A stretch of 64,000 nucleotides of DNA. Source: Azolla caroliniana. Lineage: Eukaryota; Plantae; Polypodiophyta. A program made the position numbers and the translations under genes. The notes beneath the pieces were generated by a model. It had not been told where the DNA came from, made no database searches, and saw nothing but the letters and a program-made list of their open reading frames with translations. Below are positions 12,301 through 23,201 of this stretch, in pieces. The stretch spans positions 18,972,001-19,036,000 of the forward strand of contig JBHGNT010000004.1 of assembly GCA_043228905.1 (NCBI GenBank). Reading direction: 5' to 3'. Position 1 is the stretch's first letter; each line of letters starts with the position of its first letter.

Positions 12301-15074
12301 TGAGTTCCCGTAGCGTTATGTCGGCGAACCGGTGCCCTATGCCAGCCGGGTTTCGTAAACTTGGGTCCGACGCGACCCCTTTTATCCGCTCCTCGCTGCC
12401 CTCCGGAAAGGGTGCCGCGACTGGCCTCACCTTCCGGTCCACAGTCTTGTATTTCGTATCCACGCGGGCCTTCCGATCAGACCCGATCCTTTCCCCGAAG
12501 TCTGCGATGACTTCGTACATTCCCATTGACCCCATCGGGACGGTCCAGTCTTCCCTAAGGTCTTCACCGATCACCTTTCGTAGTTCGCCCAAGGTGTCGT
12601 CAAAAGAGACCGCCTCCACGGCGCCGCTGATGCCCTCGTCGGGGAAGAGGACTCCGCATCCCCTGAGCCGCTCCTCGGCTCGCTTCCTCTCCCTGCCGCT
12701 GACGCTGGTTATAGTACAACCTCCGTTGTCGGAGAACCAAAATTTCCTACCTATGGTACAGGTCTTCTTCCGTACTGTACATTTGTGGGGTCCTTCCCGG
12801 GTGTCCGGACTATCGCGGCCCCACGCCTTGACAACCCTCTCTAAAAATCCCCTCGGGTTTCGCTATCGAGGGCCTCGCGGTTACGCTCGTGGTTTGGTCG
12901 CACCGTTAGGAACTGGACTGAGTGACGCCCGTCCTGGCTCTTGACTCTTGCATAGGTTGAACCGTTGTCCAACACCTTGGTCTCCATCCGTGCCGCCGTG
13001 ATATATGGCTCTCCTAGTATAATCGGATGCGAGGACGTCTCCTGCACGAAGAAGTGCTGGCGATCTCGACATCGCCGATTTTCACCCGTACGTTCGGACA
13101 AGCCCCATGTAGTTCTTTCGTGGCGCGCGTCGCTGCCCGTATCTTCCAGCCATGCTTGGTGTTGATCGGCCATTTACCCTTCTTATAGAAATCCATGGAC
13201 ATCAGGTTGATTTTGGATCCATGGTATACCACAGCCACCACCGGTTCCAGAACGTTGCCGATCCATATAGGGGTTTCCGTAGTCGCCCTGGCCCAATGCG
13301 GCTTCGTGTAGTGGTTTCCCGCCAGCTCATCTTCTAGGGCTCCGTCTTCCAGGTGCGTGGTCCGCACTTCCACCGGCTCCATCGAGAGCCTCTTCCGCTT
13401 CACCAAGTCTACGATAGAGTCATGGAACTCCCTCTTGGCGATTCCAGCACCTCCCACATCGACATCTCCACTTTACTGTCGAGGATTCGCTCTTCAAGGA
13501 CCTTCCGTAGGTCCGTTGCTCTCTCGATTTCGGTGCTCAACCGAAACCCCGCCTGCTTCTTCCCATTCGACACGCCTAGGTTTCTGTCCGAACCGGGTCT
13601 CATACCTCGGGGGGCCAACCCCTCCGGCCTTTCCTGCCCGTTTGTCCTCCACCAGAACCTCGTAGTTCTGGCAAGCGGCTTCTACGAAGCCCGTTTTCTC
13701 TTCGACCGGATCGTCCCAACCGGTGACCTCCTGGACCCGTTGTTCTGCGCGATATCTCTCTTTCTAATAATCTATTCATTACTAGCCTCATCTCATATTC
13801 TTCTTTCTCCTAGTCCAAAACCTCAGTGGTTCCCACCCGACTCACGCAACGATCCGACGCCGAAAGGCACGACAGCGGTCCACCTCTTCCTTCTTCAGCC
13901 GAACTTCGGAGAGGCCTTCTAGCACTAGCGGCCAAAATCCGGAGTCCTTCGCCTTCCGGGTCTCATCACCCCCGACCCGAATTCCCGCCGACACTGAGTA
14001 GTTAACGGCTTCGACGTGCCGTGCCGTGGCCTCTTCCATCAACCTCTTCATTCTGCCGCGCCCCGTATTCAGTTCCAGCTCCGGGTCTCGCTCGCGTGCA
14101 CCCGCCCGTTCCAGAGGTACACCACGTTGGTCCTAAGCGCGTCGGCGAAATCCGCGCAATCCTTTCGAATGTGACCGATCGCGTCACACCACATGCACCG
14201 CTGCCCAGCCGGCGGCCTCTGGTCGCAAGGTTGTTCACCGCTGTCTCTTCGGGCCTGTGCGATTTGAAGGTCGCGCACCATCTGTGTTAGCTCCTCCGGA
14301 TGGGCCTCTGACCACGTTGTTCGATGCCGACCCCGACTCCGGCCAGATTCGGGTCTCTTCCTTCCTCCCAGTCGGCACCAAAACCGGCTCCTCGAGCCTC
14401 CCCCTCGGGACTGACCCCGACCCCGACGTGCTTCTGTCGCTCCAATCGCGCCGTTTGTCGAAACGGCTGCAGACCCGTTTTACCACGGCCCAGTCCGTCG
14501 TGAGCCCTTCGTCTGTTTCCAATAGGGGCCCCACCTTTTCCCTGTCGAGTGCATCCACCGACTTGACAAACAGCAGTACTCGACTTGTTTCGAGCACCGT
14601 CCGGTCCAGCGTTGACAGCCGCACGAACCATTTTTCGAACTCTTGGAGGAGCACCGATGTGTTCCTCCCTTTTCTAGGGCTTTCCACCCACGCCATGAAG
14701 TTCCGCCTTGACAGCCGGAGCGAGTCGTCAAACCCGTACTTCTTGAGGAGCTGCAACTCGAACTCCTCCCAAGTCTGGCATCCGGCCAACACCTCGAGCA
14801 CCTCCGCATGGATGCCCGGCGTCACCACCCGAGGGAATCCGGACAGCCGCCTGTCCACCGGGATATCCCTCATGATCATTTTGGCCCGGTAAGCCTCCAA
14901 ATAACTTGTGGCGTCTTTCCCTCCGAAACGGCCTATAGAGCCGACGATCGATTCAATGGCTCTGTCGAGGGTACCTGTTCCCTCACGAGCGCTCACCAGC
15001 CGGTTGACGGCCACCGCCATTGCCTCTGCTAGCTCCGATCCCCTCATCTTTCGACTCCTTTGCGGCCCTTTCAC
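9358..15074 (-). pseudogene. gag-pol of the Trp-primed Gypsy
   Basis: gag 14235-15074; knuckle CMWCDAIGHIRKDC; degenerate protease VVYHGSKINLM; RT with PFLDDIPIKG (11513-12619); RNase H (10662-11381); integrase with HHCC and MVDLV/VADRGE/NGKVERGH (9550-10665). Several frameshifts. Confidence 0.93.
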
Positions 15075-15087
15075 GTCGGGTTCACCA
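15070..15087 (-). promoter_or_regulatory. Primer binding site complementary to tRNA-Trp
   Basis: The plus strand TTCACGTCGGGTTCACCA matches the 3' 18 nt of plant cytosolic tRNA-Trp(CCA) as I recall it; 4 nt from the LTR. Confidence 0.85.
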
Positions 15088-17005
15088 AAGATGTCGCGTT
15101 GTTACGCGCGTGCGTGTAGAAAGGGGCGGGACCACGAGGGTCTTGTACCGAGGAGCGAGAGAGAGAGAGAAAGAGAGAGAGAGATTCACCGACACATAGA
15201 AGCGAGAAAGAGAGATATAGAACGTAACACTTAATTATAATGACAAGAGATTACAAACTCCGACAGTTACAACCGACAAAGTGGCGACGGACCCGACACG
15301 GGGACCCTACTCACGCACACCGACCACAGTCACACGACTCCAAGAAACAAAGGGGAAAGGGAGCGACTCTGTTGGAAGCACACGGGCTGTCCACGAAGCA
15401 GAGGCAACGACCTCCCGACACCCGCCGAGAGCGACGATTCCAGTCGAAGAGAGCGAGCCCTCCGTTCTGCAGCAACCCCCCTTTTCTTTCCCAATGCGCG
15501 ATACCCGTTTTCCCTTGTCCTCTTCCCTTTTATTCCCTGTCCCTCTGACCGGGATACGCACAATCCCCCCCCCCCTAATAAATGCGTGCAGCTTCGTATT
15601 TACATCCACCGGTTCGTGTGCAAATAACAAGTCACGCGTCCATTCGTGTAAGGGCCGGTTTACGCGCTTTCTCTCTGATTCCGCCTATGGCCGGTTTTCT
15701 TCATGACACTGTTCTAGCTAACTTTGTTAGACGTGTCTCCGTATCCAACCATCTCTGTCGTTTCTTCATCGTCCGGCTCCGTAGCTTTTCGGTGTCGATG
15801 TCCCATCGTCTGGCCGTTGTCGTTGCCATGGTTGTGCATTTCAGCTATCGTCTCCATTGCCCTTTGACTCTGTCTGGCCGTCATCCCGTAGTTTGTCCAT
15901 CTCCATCTTCGTCGTTGTCTGGCGTCGTCCGGTCCGGTTGCCTCCATTCCGGCGCTTTTCGGCATCGGTGTCGCCGTTCCTTCGGAACCAGACATTCTAT
16001 TCATTTGTCCGGCCCATTCCGGCCAGTCTGTGTCTGGCACCATTGCTTTAGGGACGGGCTTCCTTTGTTCAGACGCTTGTCCGACCACGATTGCAACTGT
16101 TCGAGACGTGCTTTCCGTTGTTTCGGTCGTCACTCTGGTTGCCGCCGCTTTGGGCGTTGTCACCATATTCCAGCCAGTGCGTCCGACGTTTGGTGCCTCC
16201 GACTGTGTCTTTCTAGTGTTGTTGGTTTCTCTGGTTGTCAATGTCTTGTTTGCGTCTGCATCTCCTTCTCCGCCTTCTATGGCCCTTCGGTGTTAACCAA
16301 CTCTGGTTCTTGTTCTGATTCCAGTTCTGAATCTCTCCGCGTTGTTTCTTGTGGAACCATTGCCCGTGCATTCTCAACACATCCTACCGGTCTCCCGCTC
16401 CACACACTGCGGCTTTCTCCGCACTCTCCTGGTGGGCTTCTCTTTACGGTCGTACTGGCACCGGTTCCCTCTGCGTTGTTGTTTGTCCAGTCGTGCATCT
16501 TGCACCATGCTTTTGAGAACACGCACATTGTCACTTACCGCTTTCGGAAACACGCACATGGACACTAATCACACCTCGCACAAACATTGTTGCCATTCAG
16601 GCATTCCTCCATAGACTTCTTCCAACATCGTCACCGCCATTTTCATGTTTTGCCATTTCTTGCACTTAGTCGCTATGGCTTGCACATCCATGTATCATTC
16701 TTCGACTCCATCTCCAAAAGGGGGTCGCTTTAGTGGTCGCCAAAAGGTGTTGTCCGTTTTAGGGTTAGGGTTAATGGTAATGATGATTATCGATGACGAA
16801 GATAGAAATGTTGGAATAGTGAAGATGGTGGAGAGTATGATGGTGAGAGAGATTGAGATGAAGATGTTGAGAATCATTGAGAACCATTGCGGGGTGGGGG
16901 GTGGTGCCTAGAATGGCTCCACCCCCCTCCCAAGGGGTTCAACGTTAAGGGGGAGAGAGAGAAAGAGAGATGACAAGAGAAGAAAAGAAGAAAGAAGAAC
17001 ATCTA

Positions 17006-17179
17006 CTTGTTCTAACTTGCTTGGCTTTGTCCTTGTCCGGTGCAATTACCAGTACCGGTTCTCCCCCTCAAGTGCAACATGTCGAGATGTTGAAGACCAA
17101 GCATCTCTGAAAAATGTTGCAACTTGTCAGTTCCAAGTGCCTTCATGAAGATGTCGGCAAGCTGCTGATCCGTCCGGAC
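17006..17179. repeat. 174-bp target duplication, right copy
   Basis: Direct repeat of 6990-7163; the Copia reading frame continues past 17179. Confidence 0.95.
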
Positions 17180-20100
17180 GTACCAGAGTTCGACTTCACC
17201 GGGGAGGACCCGCTCACGCACAAAGTGGTAATGCACTTCTATTTGCTTCGTCAGAGCATGGAACACAGGGTTCTTGGCTATTTTCATGCTCCTCGTGTTG
17301 TCGCAATAGATCGGGATTGGAGCCGGGACTTCGATCCGAAGGTCTTGCAGTAGCCACCCAAGCCATATCGCTTCATAGGTGGCAATGGTAGCACCTTGAT
17401 ACTCAGCCTCAGTGCTCAAGAGAGCCACTGTCAGCTGCTTCTTGCTGCTCCATGCAACAACCGTGCTACCTAGAGAGAACATGTAACCAAAAGTGGACCA
17501 TCGATCTAACGCATCACCGACCCAATCGGCATCCGTATATCAGCTTTTCAATTATACCGTGTCAGTATAGCATTCCTCGATCCTTAGTGCCGTTTACATA
17601 CCTGAGTATTCGGTGCACACACTGAAGGTGCTCCACAGTCAGTTTCTACATCAACTGACTTATCACCCCGACCGAATAGCTAATGTCGGGTCAGGTGATA
17701 GTAAGATATATGAGGCTTTCGACAATTTGTGGGAACCATTTCTCATCGCAGGCCAGCCCGGAGTTGGGATGAAGCTTCAGGTTCCAAACCAGGGGTGTGG
17801 ACACTGGTCACCAATTGGTCATGCCGAACTTGTACAACATATTTAACACATAATGTTGTTGTGAGAGCAATATGCTGTCGGGAGTGTGGATCACTTCGAT
17901 CTTGAGGAAGTAATGAAGGTCCCCCAGGTCTTTCATTTCGAATGCATCCAACAACTGGAACTTTAGTCGGCCGATTTCAGCAAGTCCGGGTTCGGTGATG
18001 ACTAGATCGTCCACATATAGTAGGATACATACCGGACCTACCGGATCGTTCCGGATGAACAGTGACGAGTTCATGCACATAGGCTATGCTACCGAATATC
18101 CTAAGGTGCCTTAAATTCGGCTTCCATCCAAAATACAACTCGTGTGCTGACACCTTATCCCCGATCCTATTTTGGATGTAGACAACCGTCCGGACCGCCT
18201 CGGCCCGATAGAAGTTGGGCATGCTCTTCTCCTCCAACATCGCCCGTGCCACCTCCGCAATCAACTGATTCTTCCTTTCAGCAACACCATTTTGTTCTGG
18301 TGTGTATTTGCAACTGAATTCTCGCCGAATTCCCTTCTGTTGCAAATAACTGTTGAATTGGCGGAAAAAGTATTCTTTTCCGCCATCTGACCGTAGGCAC
18401 TTGATCTTTCTCTCCGTTTCCCGTTCGACAAGGTTTTGTAGGTTCCAGAAATAGTCGAGGACTTCGGTTTTCTTCTTGATAAGATAGATCCAGGTGTGTC
18501 GGCTGTAGTCGTCGATGAAGGAGACGAAATATCGGCTCCTGCCAACACTAACGTTCTGTGCTGGTCCCCATACATCCAAATGTATCAAGTCAAGCTTGTT
18601 GTGGCTCTAGTTTCTTTCGATGGGGAACGGAAGCTGATGTTGCTTCCCGAGATGGCAAGCGTCACAAATTTGGGCCTTCCAGCCACTGAATTTAAGCAAT
18701 CCGAAAACAATCAGTTTCGATTGCAGGTCTTGATGGCTCTGATAGTTGACGTGGTCGATCCGCTTGTGCCATAAGTCGATATCTGACTCGACCTTTTGAC
18801 CCTTTGCAAATAAAGCGGTGTCGACGTCGTTGGTGTTGAGGATGAACATCCTCCCACCTCAGCGCCCTTGCACGATGACTTGACTCTCTTCCTTGATGAA
18901 GCACCCGAGGTGCGTGAACCGCACCTGCAATCCTTGGTCGACGATCTGCCCAACCGACACTAGGTTCTTTGTGATTGTCGAGAAGTGAAGGACATTCATA
19001 AGCTTTCCTTTTTGTCCGACATGACTCAAGGGAACTTCTCCGACATGCATAGTTGGGTGAGGAGTGCCGTCTTAGGTTTCGACAACTGTCGATTGCTCCA
19101 GCTTTTCTAGAAACGAGAACCACTATTCGTGGCTCGTCATGTAGGTAGACGCTCCGGAGTCAACGTACCACACTTCCTCCGATGCGGAAGTGGTCTTCTT
19201 CATGGAGTTCGCCCTGTGTTTCATCACAAAGGCTGGCCCTTTTCCAACGGTCTTTCTAGTTTTGGATCCTTCTGATCCTTCATTGTAGTGCGAGCTTTGC
19301 CGGTTCCCTTGTCTGGTCTTGCCGGATTCGGATTTATCCGAATCGACGTACTTCTTCCAACACTCGCTCTCCTGGTGGACCTTCTTGCCACAATGCCAAC
19401 ATTTCGTGTTGGCCTTCCCTTGCCGGTTTTCGCCACTACGTTGACTCCCCTTGCTTGTGGAGGGTCTAGAACTACTATCAACACCATCTTTGTGCCTCCG
19501 ATTCTGCTCTTGTCTGCAGTTGCTATTGCTGTCAACCCACCCCGTCCTCCATGCCCACGGGGCCGATCCGACTCCGTGTACAGTATCAGGTTATCCGATT
19601 GAGTGGTCCTCGACCCACTCGCGTGGTTTTCTTCGACCAACAACATCGATTGTAGGTTGAAGAAGGACAGTGGTTTCTCTCGGGTGCAAATCGTTGTTTG
19701 GATTGGTCTGTACCATTGTGTTAGACCATCGACTCGACATATCTGAACCATCTCGTCTTTGTCCACCATCACGTTGATGGACCTGAGCGCGTCACAGATC
19801 TCCTTGATCTTGGTGGTGTAGTCGGTGACTGACATATCCCATTTCCGGATACTGTTGACCTCTTGCCAGAGCTGCAACTTCCGAGCCGTGGTACTTGCGG
19901 CGAAAATCTTCCGTAGATTTTCCCAGGCCTCCTTCGGTGACTTTGTGTCTCTAATGTAGTCAAGCATCTGTTCATGCACACAGGACGCGAGGCAGTACAA
20001 TACTCTGCTCACTCGTTGCTCCCATACCGGGAAGTCCTTGTGTGCCAGCTCCGATGCTACTTCATTTTCTCCCTCGACATAGCTCTAGTATCCCTATCCA

Positions 20101-20180
20101 AGTAGATATTGGTGCATCTTGTAAGACCAAGATGCATGGTTTTTCCTGTCGAGCTTCTCTGTCGAAAGCGAGCTTGCTAT
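17012..20180 (-). pseudogene. Copia-1 gag-pol, frameshifted, with ~1.1 kb deleted between the integrase SH3 region and RT
   Basis: gag (UBN2-like) 19224-20012; protease WYVDSGASTYMT near 19150; HLDVWGP...LRSDGGKEY...PEQNGVAERKN integrase; LLYVDDL RT; WSSKKQ...EAEY...YCDN...QQLADIFMKAL RNase H. IAYVH joins directly to NSSLFIR at about 18075, whereas the related copy has ~1.1 kb between them (62540-63635). Confidence 0.92.
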
Positions 20181-20291
20181 CCCTTGGTCTATTTCTTTTA
20201 TTTCTAGATTGTTCTTTACCGGTGATTAGGGTTTGTTTGTTTCGAGCAGTTGTGGGCAGCAAAGGTTCTCAACCCTCGCGCTCTGATACCA

Positions 20292-20713
20292 TGAAAAAGA
20301 TAATATGCGGAAGCTTTGACAAACCGGTTCACCCAGATAACAACAGAAAGAGTATAGTTTTAATGGAAGCTTCACAAAACACAGATAGAGAGTGGGAGGG
20401 ACAGAGAGAGCAAGATAGCGTTAACTAAATTAAAAAATAATAACACTCTATGTATACAAATGTCCTACAAAACACTTTTTATACAAGTCCTTAAAGGACT
20501 GACAAAAGTACTGACATGTACTTCAATGCTCATACGAGCAACTGACACTAACTCCAAGGAATATGACTACTTACTAGGCTAGATCTGTAGGCCTCTAACG
20601 GCCTACCGGTTACAATCCAATCTGTCTCTCTGATCCGTCACTTGATTCCAGATACCTATCCGTCTCCAGCTTATTCAGCCGATCCGGATCCGGCTGAACT
20701 TGTCTGCTCAACA
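20292..20713 (-). repeat. 5' LTR of Copia-1
   Basis: TG...CA termini, adjacent to the Met PBS. Confidence 0.88.
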
Positions 20714-20912
20714 ACATTATGAACATGAAATATTCTGCAACAAAATAATAATTTTGTTTTTTACCAAAACCAAAATATCCTTCCATTAGTTTTAGAAAAG
20801 TCATAACAACTGCAACATACGAAATATTTTTTCCCCCAACTCATCTTTATAAGACGATGGTTAAGGAAACAAATCTATGTACTCCAAAGTAGAGAAAAAA
20901 CTAATCTGAAAG

Positions 20913-21143
20913 TTATTCTATAGACACATTCCAAGCTATTCCATTGACAACAACAAAAGTAGTTGCATCCAGAGACAAGCCGTCGCAGCCCATAGATATG
21001 AACCATTTCAATGCTTCTTCAACCTGCTCTTGTTCAGCATAATTTGTAATGAATACATTCCAAGCTATTCCATAAACAGAAACAAAAGTTGTGACATCCA
21101 AAGACATCCAAAAGTTGTGACATCCAAACAAAAGTTGTGACAT
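20913..21143 (-). pseudogene. Isolated, scrambled PPR-motif fragment
   Basis: IAWNVFITNYAEQEQVEEALKWFISMGCDGLSLDATTFV is one PPR P motif, flanked by short local duplications. Confidence 0.7.
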
Positions 21144-21829
21144 TCAAAAGTTGTGATTTTTCAGTATGCTATATCCACCAATGCAATTCCAATAACTCTT
21201 CCTTTACCCTAAAAACAGGCGATCAAATACATTATGTGCTTCTTGAAGACAACACATTTCATATGCACGTTTGTAAACACAAAAAGAATGCTTCCTCTTT
21301 CCACATCAATCATCTTGCTGGTTAGCACCAAATTCCTGGTTCTATAATCCCTCCATTCTCTTGAAACTACCTCGTCTACATGAAGACGAACCACTTGTAT
21401 GCTCACACAACTTCGGAGAACCATAGCATGCAGACCATTCTTCAAATTACATCATTCTGCCACATCCAATTCTTGTTGTATGATCACCAAGTAAACCACA
21501 AAAAATTCTGTTGAACCATGATCCACCTAGCCACATATAGCATATGTCCAACAAAGCCTTTCCAAGCTCAATATTGTCTTTTAGCAGCCTGATACTCATG
21601 ATTCCATTGCAAGTTCCTGTACCTATTAACCACTCCTATAGTGGCACCTAGTAGTAATATCTTGAAATTAGTGCATTGTTAGAAGCCATAGCCCGAACCG
21701 GAAGTCCCTCTTTCCTCATAGGTAAAGCACAGAAGATGAGGGTCATATGGTGGCCTTCTAGCGTCTTCCATTACTTTGTCTCCACACAAAGAAGTTGCAT
21801 TGTGAAACACCATCCTTCTTCAACTTGCT

Positions 21830-22750
21830 CATAGTTAGCTACACCTAAAATTGTATTCACTCATCCTCCCTAGAAAAAAGAGAAAACCACTCCCCAAATT
21901 TGAAAAGTAAATGAACATAATCTATCCTCCTTGTCACTCCCTAGAAGTGCTTCAACGTCCTTTAACATCATCCATCTCTGCCCCATAATAAAAATATTTT
22001 CTCATAAGGATGGCTTCCCCAAGCAAAGCCAAACCACTCTTGTAATTTCCACTTTCAATGTACACAAAGTAGCTACATCTTGAGACAGTCTTTTATTTTC
22101 CACATTTAACTTATAAATAGCAATACATAAGACCTGGTACCAAATGTATACATCCTAATACAATACCTTTTGACAATTTGTCTCCACTCATCCTCCCCAG
22201 AAAACTGAAAAAACCACTCCCCAACTTTGAAAAGTCATTGAAACATAATCTAGCCTCCTTGTCACTCCCTAGAACTGTTTCAACATCCTTTAACACCATC
22301 CATCTTTGTCACAAACACAAAACAAAAAGATTTTCCCCATAAGGATGGCTTCCCCAAGCAAAGTCAAACCACTCTTCTAATTCCACTTTCAACGTACACA
22401 AAGTTGTTACATCTTAATGCAGTCTTCTATCTTCCACATTCAACTTGCTCATAGTCAGCAATGCATAACCTGCTATCAAATGTATACATCTTAGCATAAA
22501 ACCTTTTTATAGTTTGTCTCCACTCATCCTCCCCAGAAAAATGAGAAAACCATTCCCCAAATTTGAAAATAACTTGAAACATAATCTAGCCTCTCTATCA
22601 CTCCCTAGGATTGCTTCAACATCCTTTTACATTATCCATCTTTGCCACAAGCAAGAAGATTTTCCCAGGAGGATGGCTTCCCCAAGCAAAGCCAAACCAG
22701 TCTTCTATTTTCTACTTTCAACTAGAACTGCTTCAACATCCTGTAAACCA
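21830..22750. repeat. ~330-bp tandem triplication (diverged)
   Basis: CACTCATCCTCCC(C/T)AGAAAA...GGATGGCTTCCCCAAGCAAAG(C/T)CAAACCA recurs at about 21858, 22185 and 22521. Confidence 0.85.
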
Positions 22751-23201
22751 TTGAATAGTTATAGTAAATGCTTCATCCAACACCCTCCATCAACTATAGA
22801 AGAAAATCTATCAACTAATACGAAATAAGTTATAATAAAAATATTTAAAATAAACCTCCATGTCACTCCATAGAAATGCTTCATCACATCCACTCACTAT
22901 CCATTCTAATAATAATAATAAATACTTCATCCACCCTCACCATCTGTCCATGGTACCTGTCCAACGATAGTGCTTCATAGTCCATTAGGTAAGTAACAAA
23001 ACCTGCCGAAAAGTATCAAACAATACAAATTACATTGAATAGAAAATATAAATAACTCCCTATCAAACCATAGGAACACTTCTTCCTCCCATAACAACAT
23101 CCTTCTCCAACAAAGAATAGAATTATTATGTTTATCAACAAGTTATGTTGTTATGTGTTGTAAGACTGAAATAAGAAAGGAGTAGGCAGAGACAACAACC
23201 A

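Larger units (their letters stand above)
8667..15708 (-). mobile_element. Ty3/Gypsy LTR retrotransposon, full length but frameshifted, tRNA-Trp primed
   Basis: LTRs 8667-9288 and 15092-15708 (TG...CA, roughly 95-97% identical by eye). PPT GGTGGGGGTGGA (9289-9300). 4-bp TSD CCGT/CTGT. Domain order gag-PR-RT-RH-IN. Confidence 0.95.
7164..17005 (-). mobile_element. Non-autonomous LTR retroelement (LARD-like) with a truncated 5' LTR
   Basis: 3' LTR ~7164-8154 (TGTT...AACA) next to a purine tract at 8155-8180. Partial 5' LTR 16748-16980. PBS TGGCGACCACT (revcomp 16732-16742, tRNA-Arg-like). About 1.5 kb of internal sequence with no pol and only a possible gag trace (MCVFPKAVSDNVRVL near 16500). 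The inner LTR boundary is inferred. Confidence 0.75.
6137..20713 (-). mobile_element. Ty1/Copia LTR retrotransposon (decayed, internally deleted), base of nest 1
   Basis: Paired LTRs 6137-~6527 and 20292-~20713. tRNA-iMet PBS TGGTATCAGAGC (revcomp at 20280-20291). Domain order gag-PR-IN-RT-RH. ACAAC flanks 6132-6136 and recurs at 20711-20715, a perfect TSD if the LTR ends at 20710 (imperfect if it ends at 20713). Confidence 0.92.
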
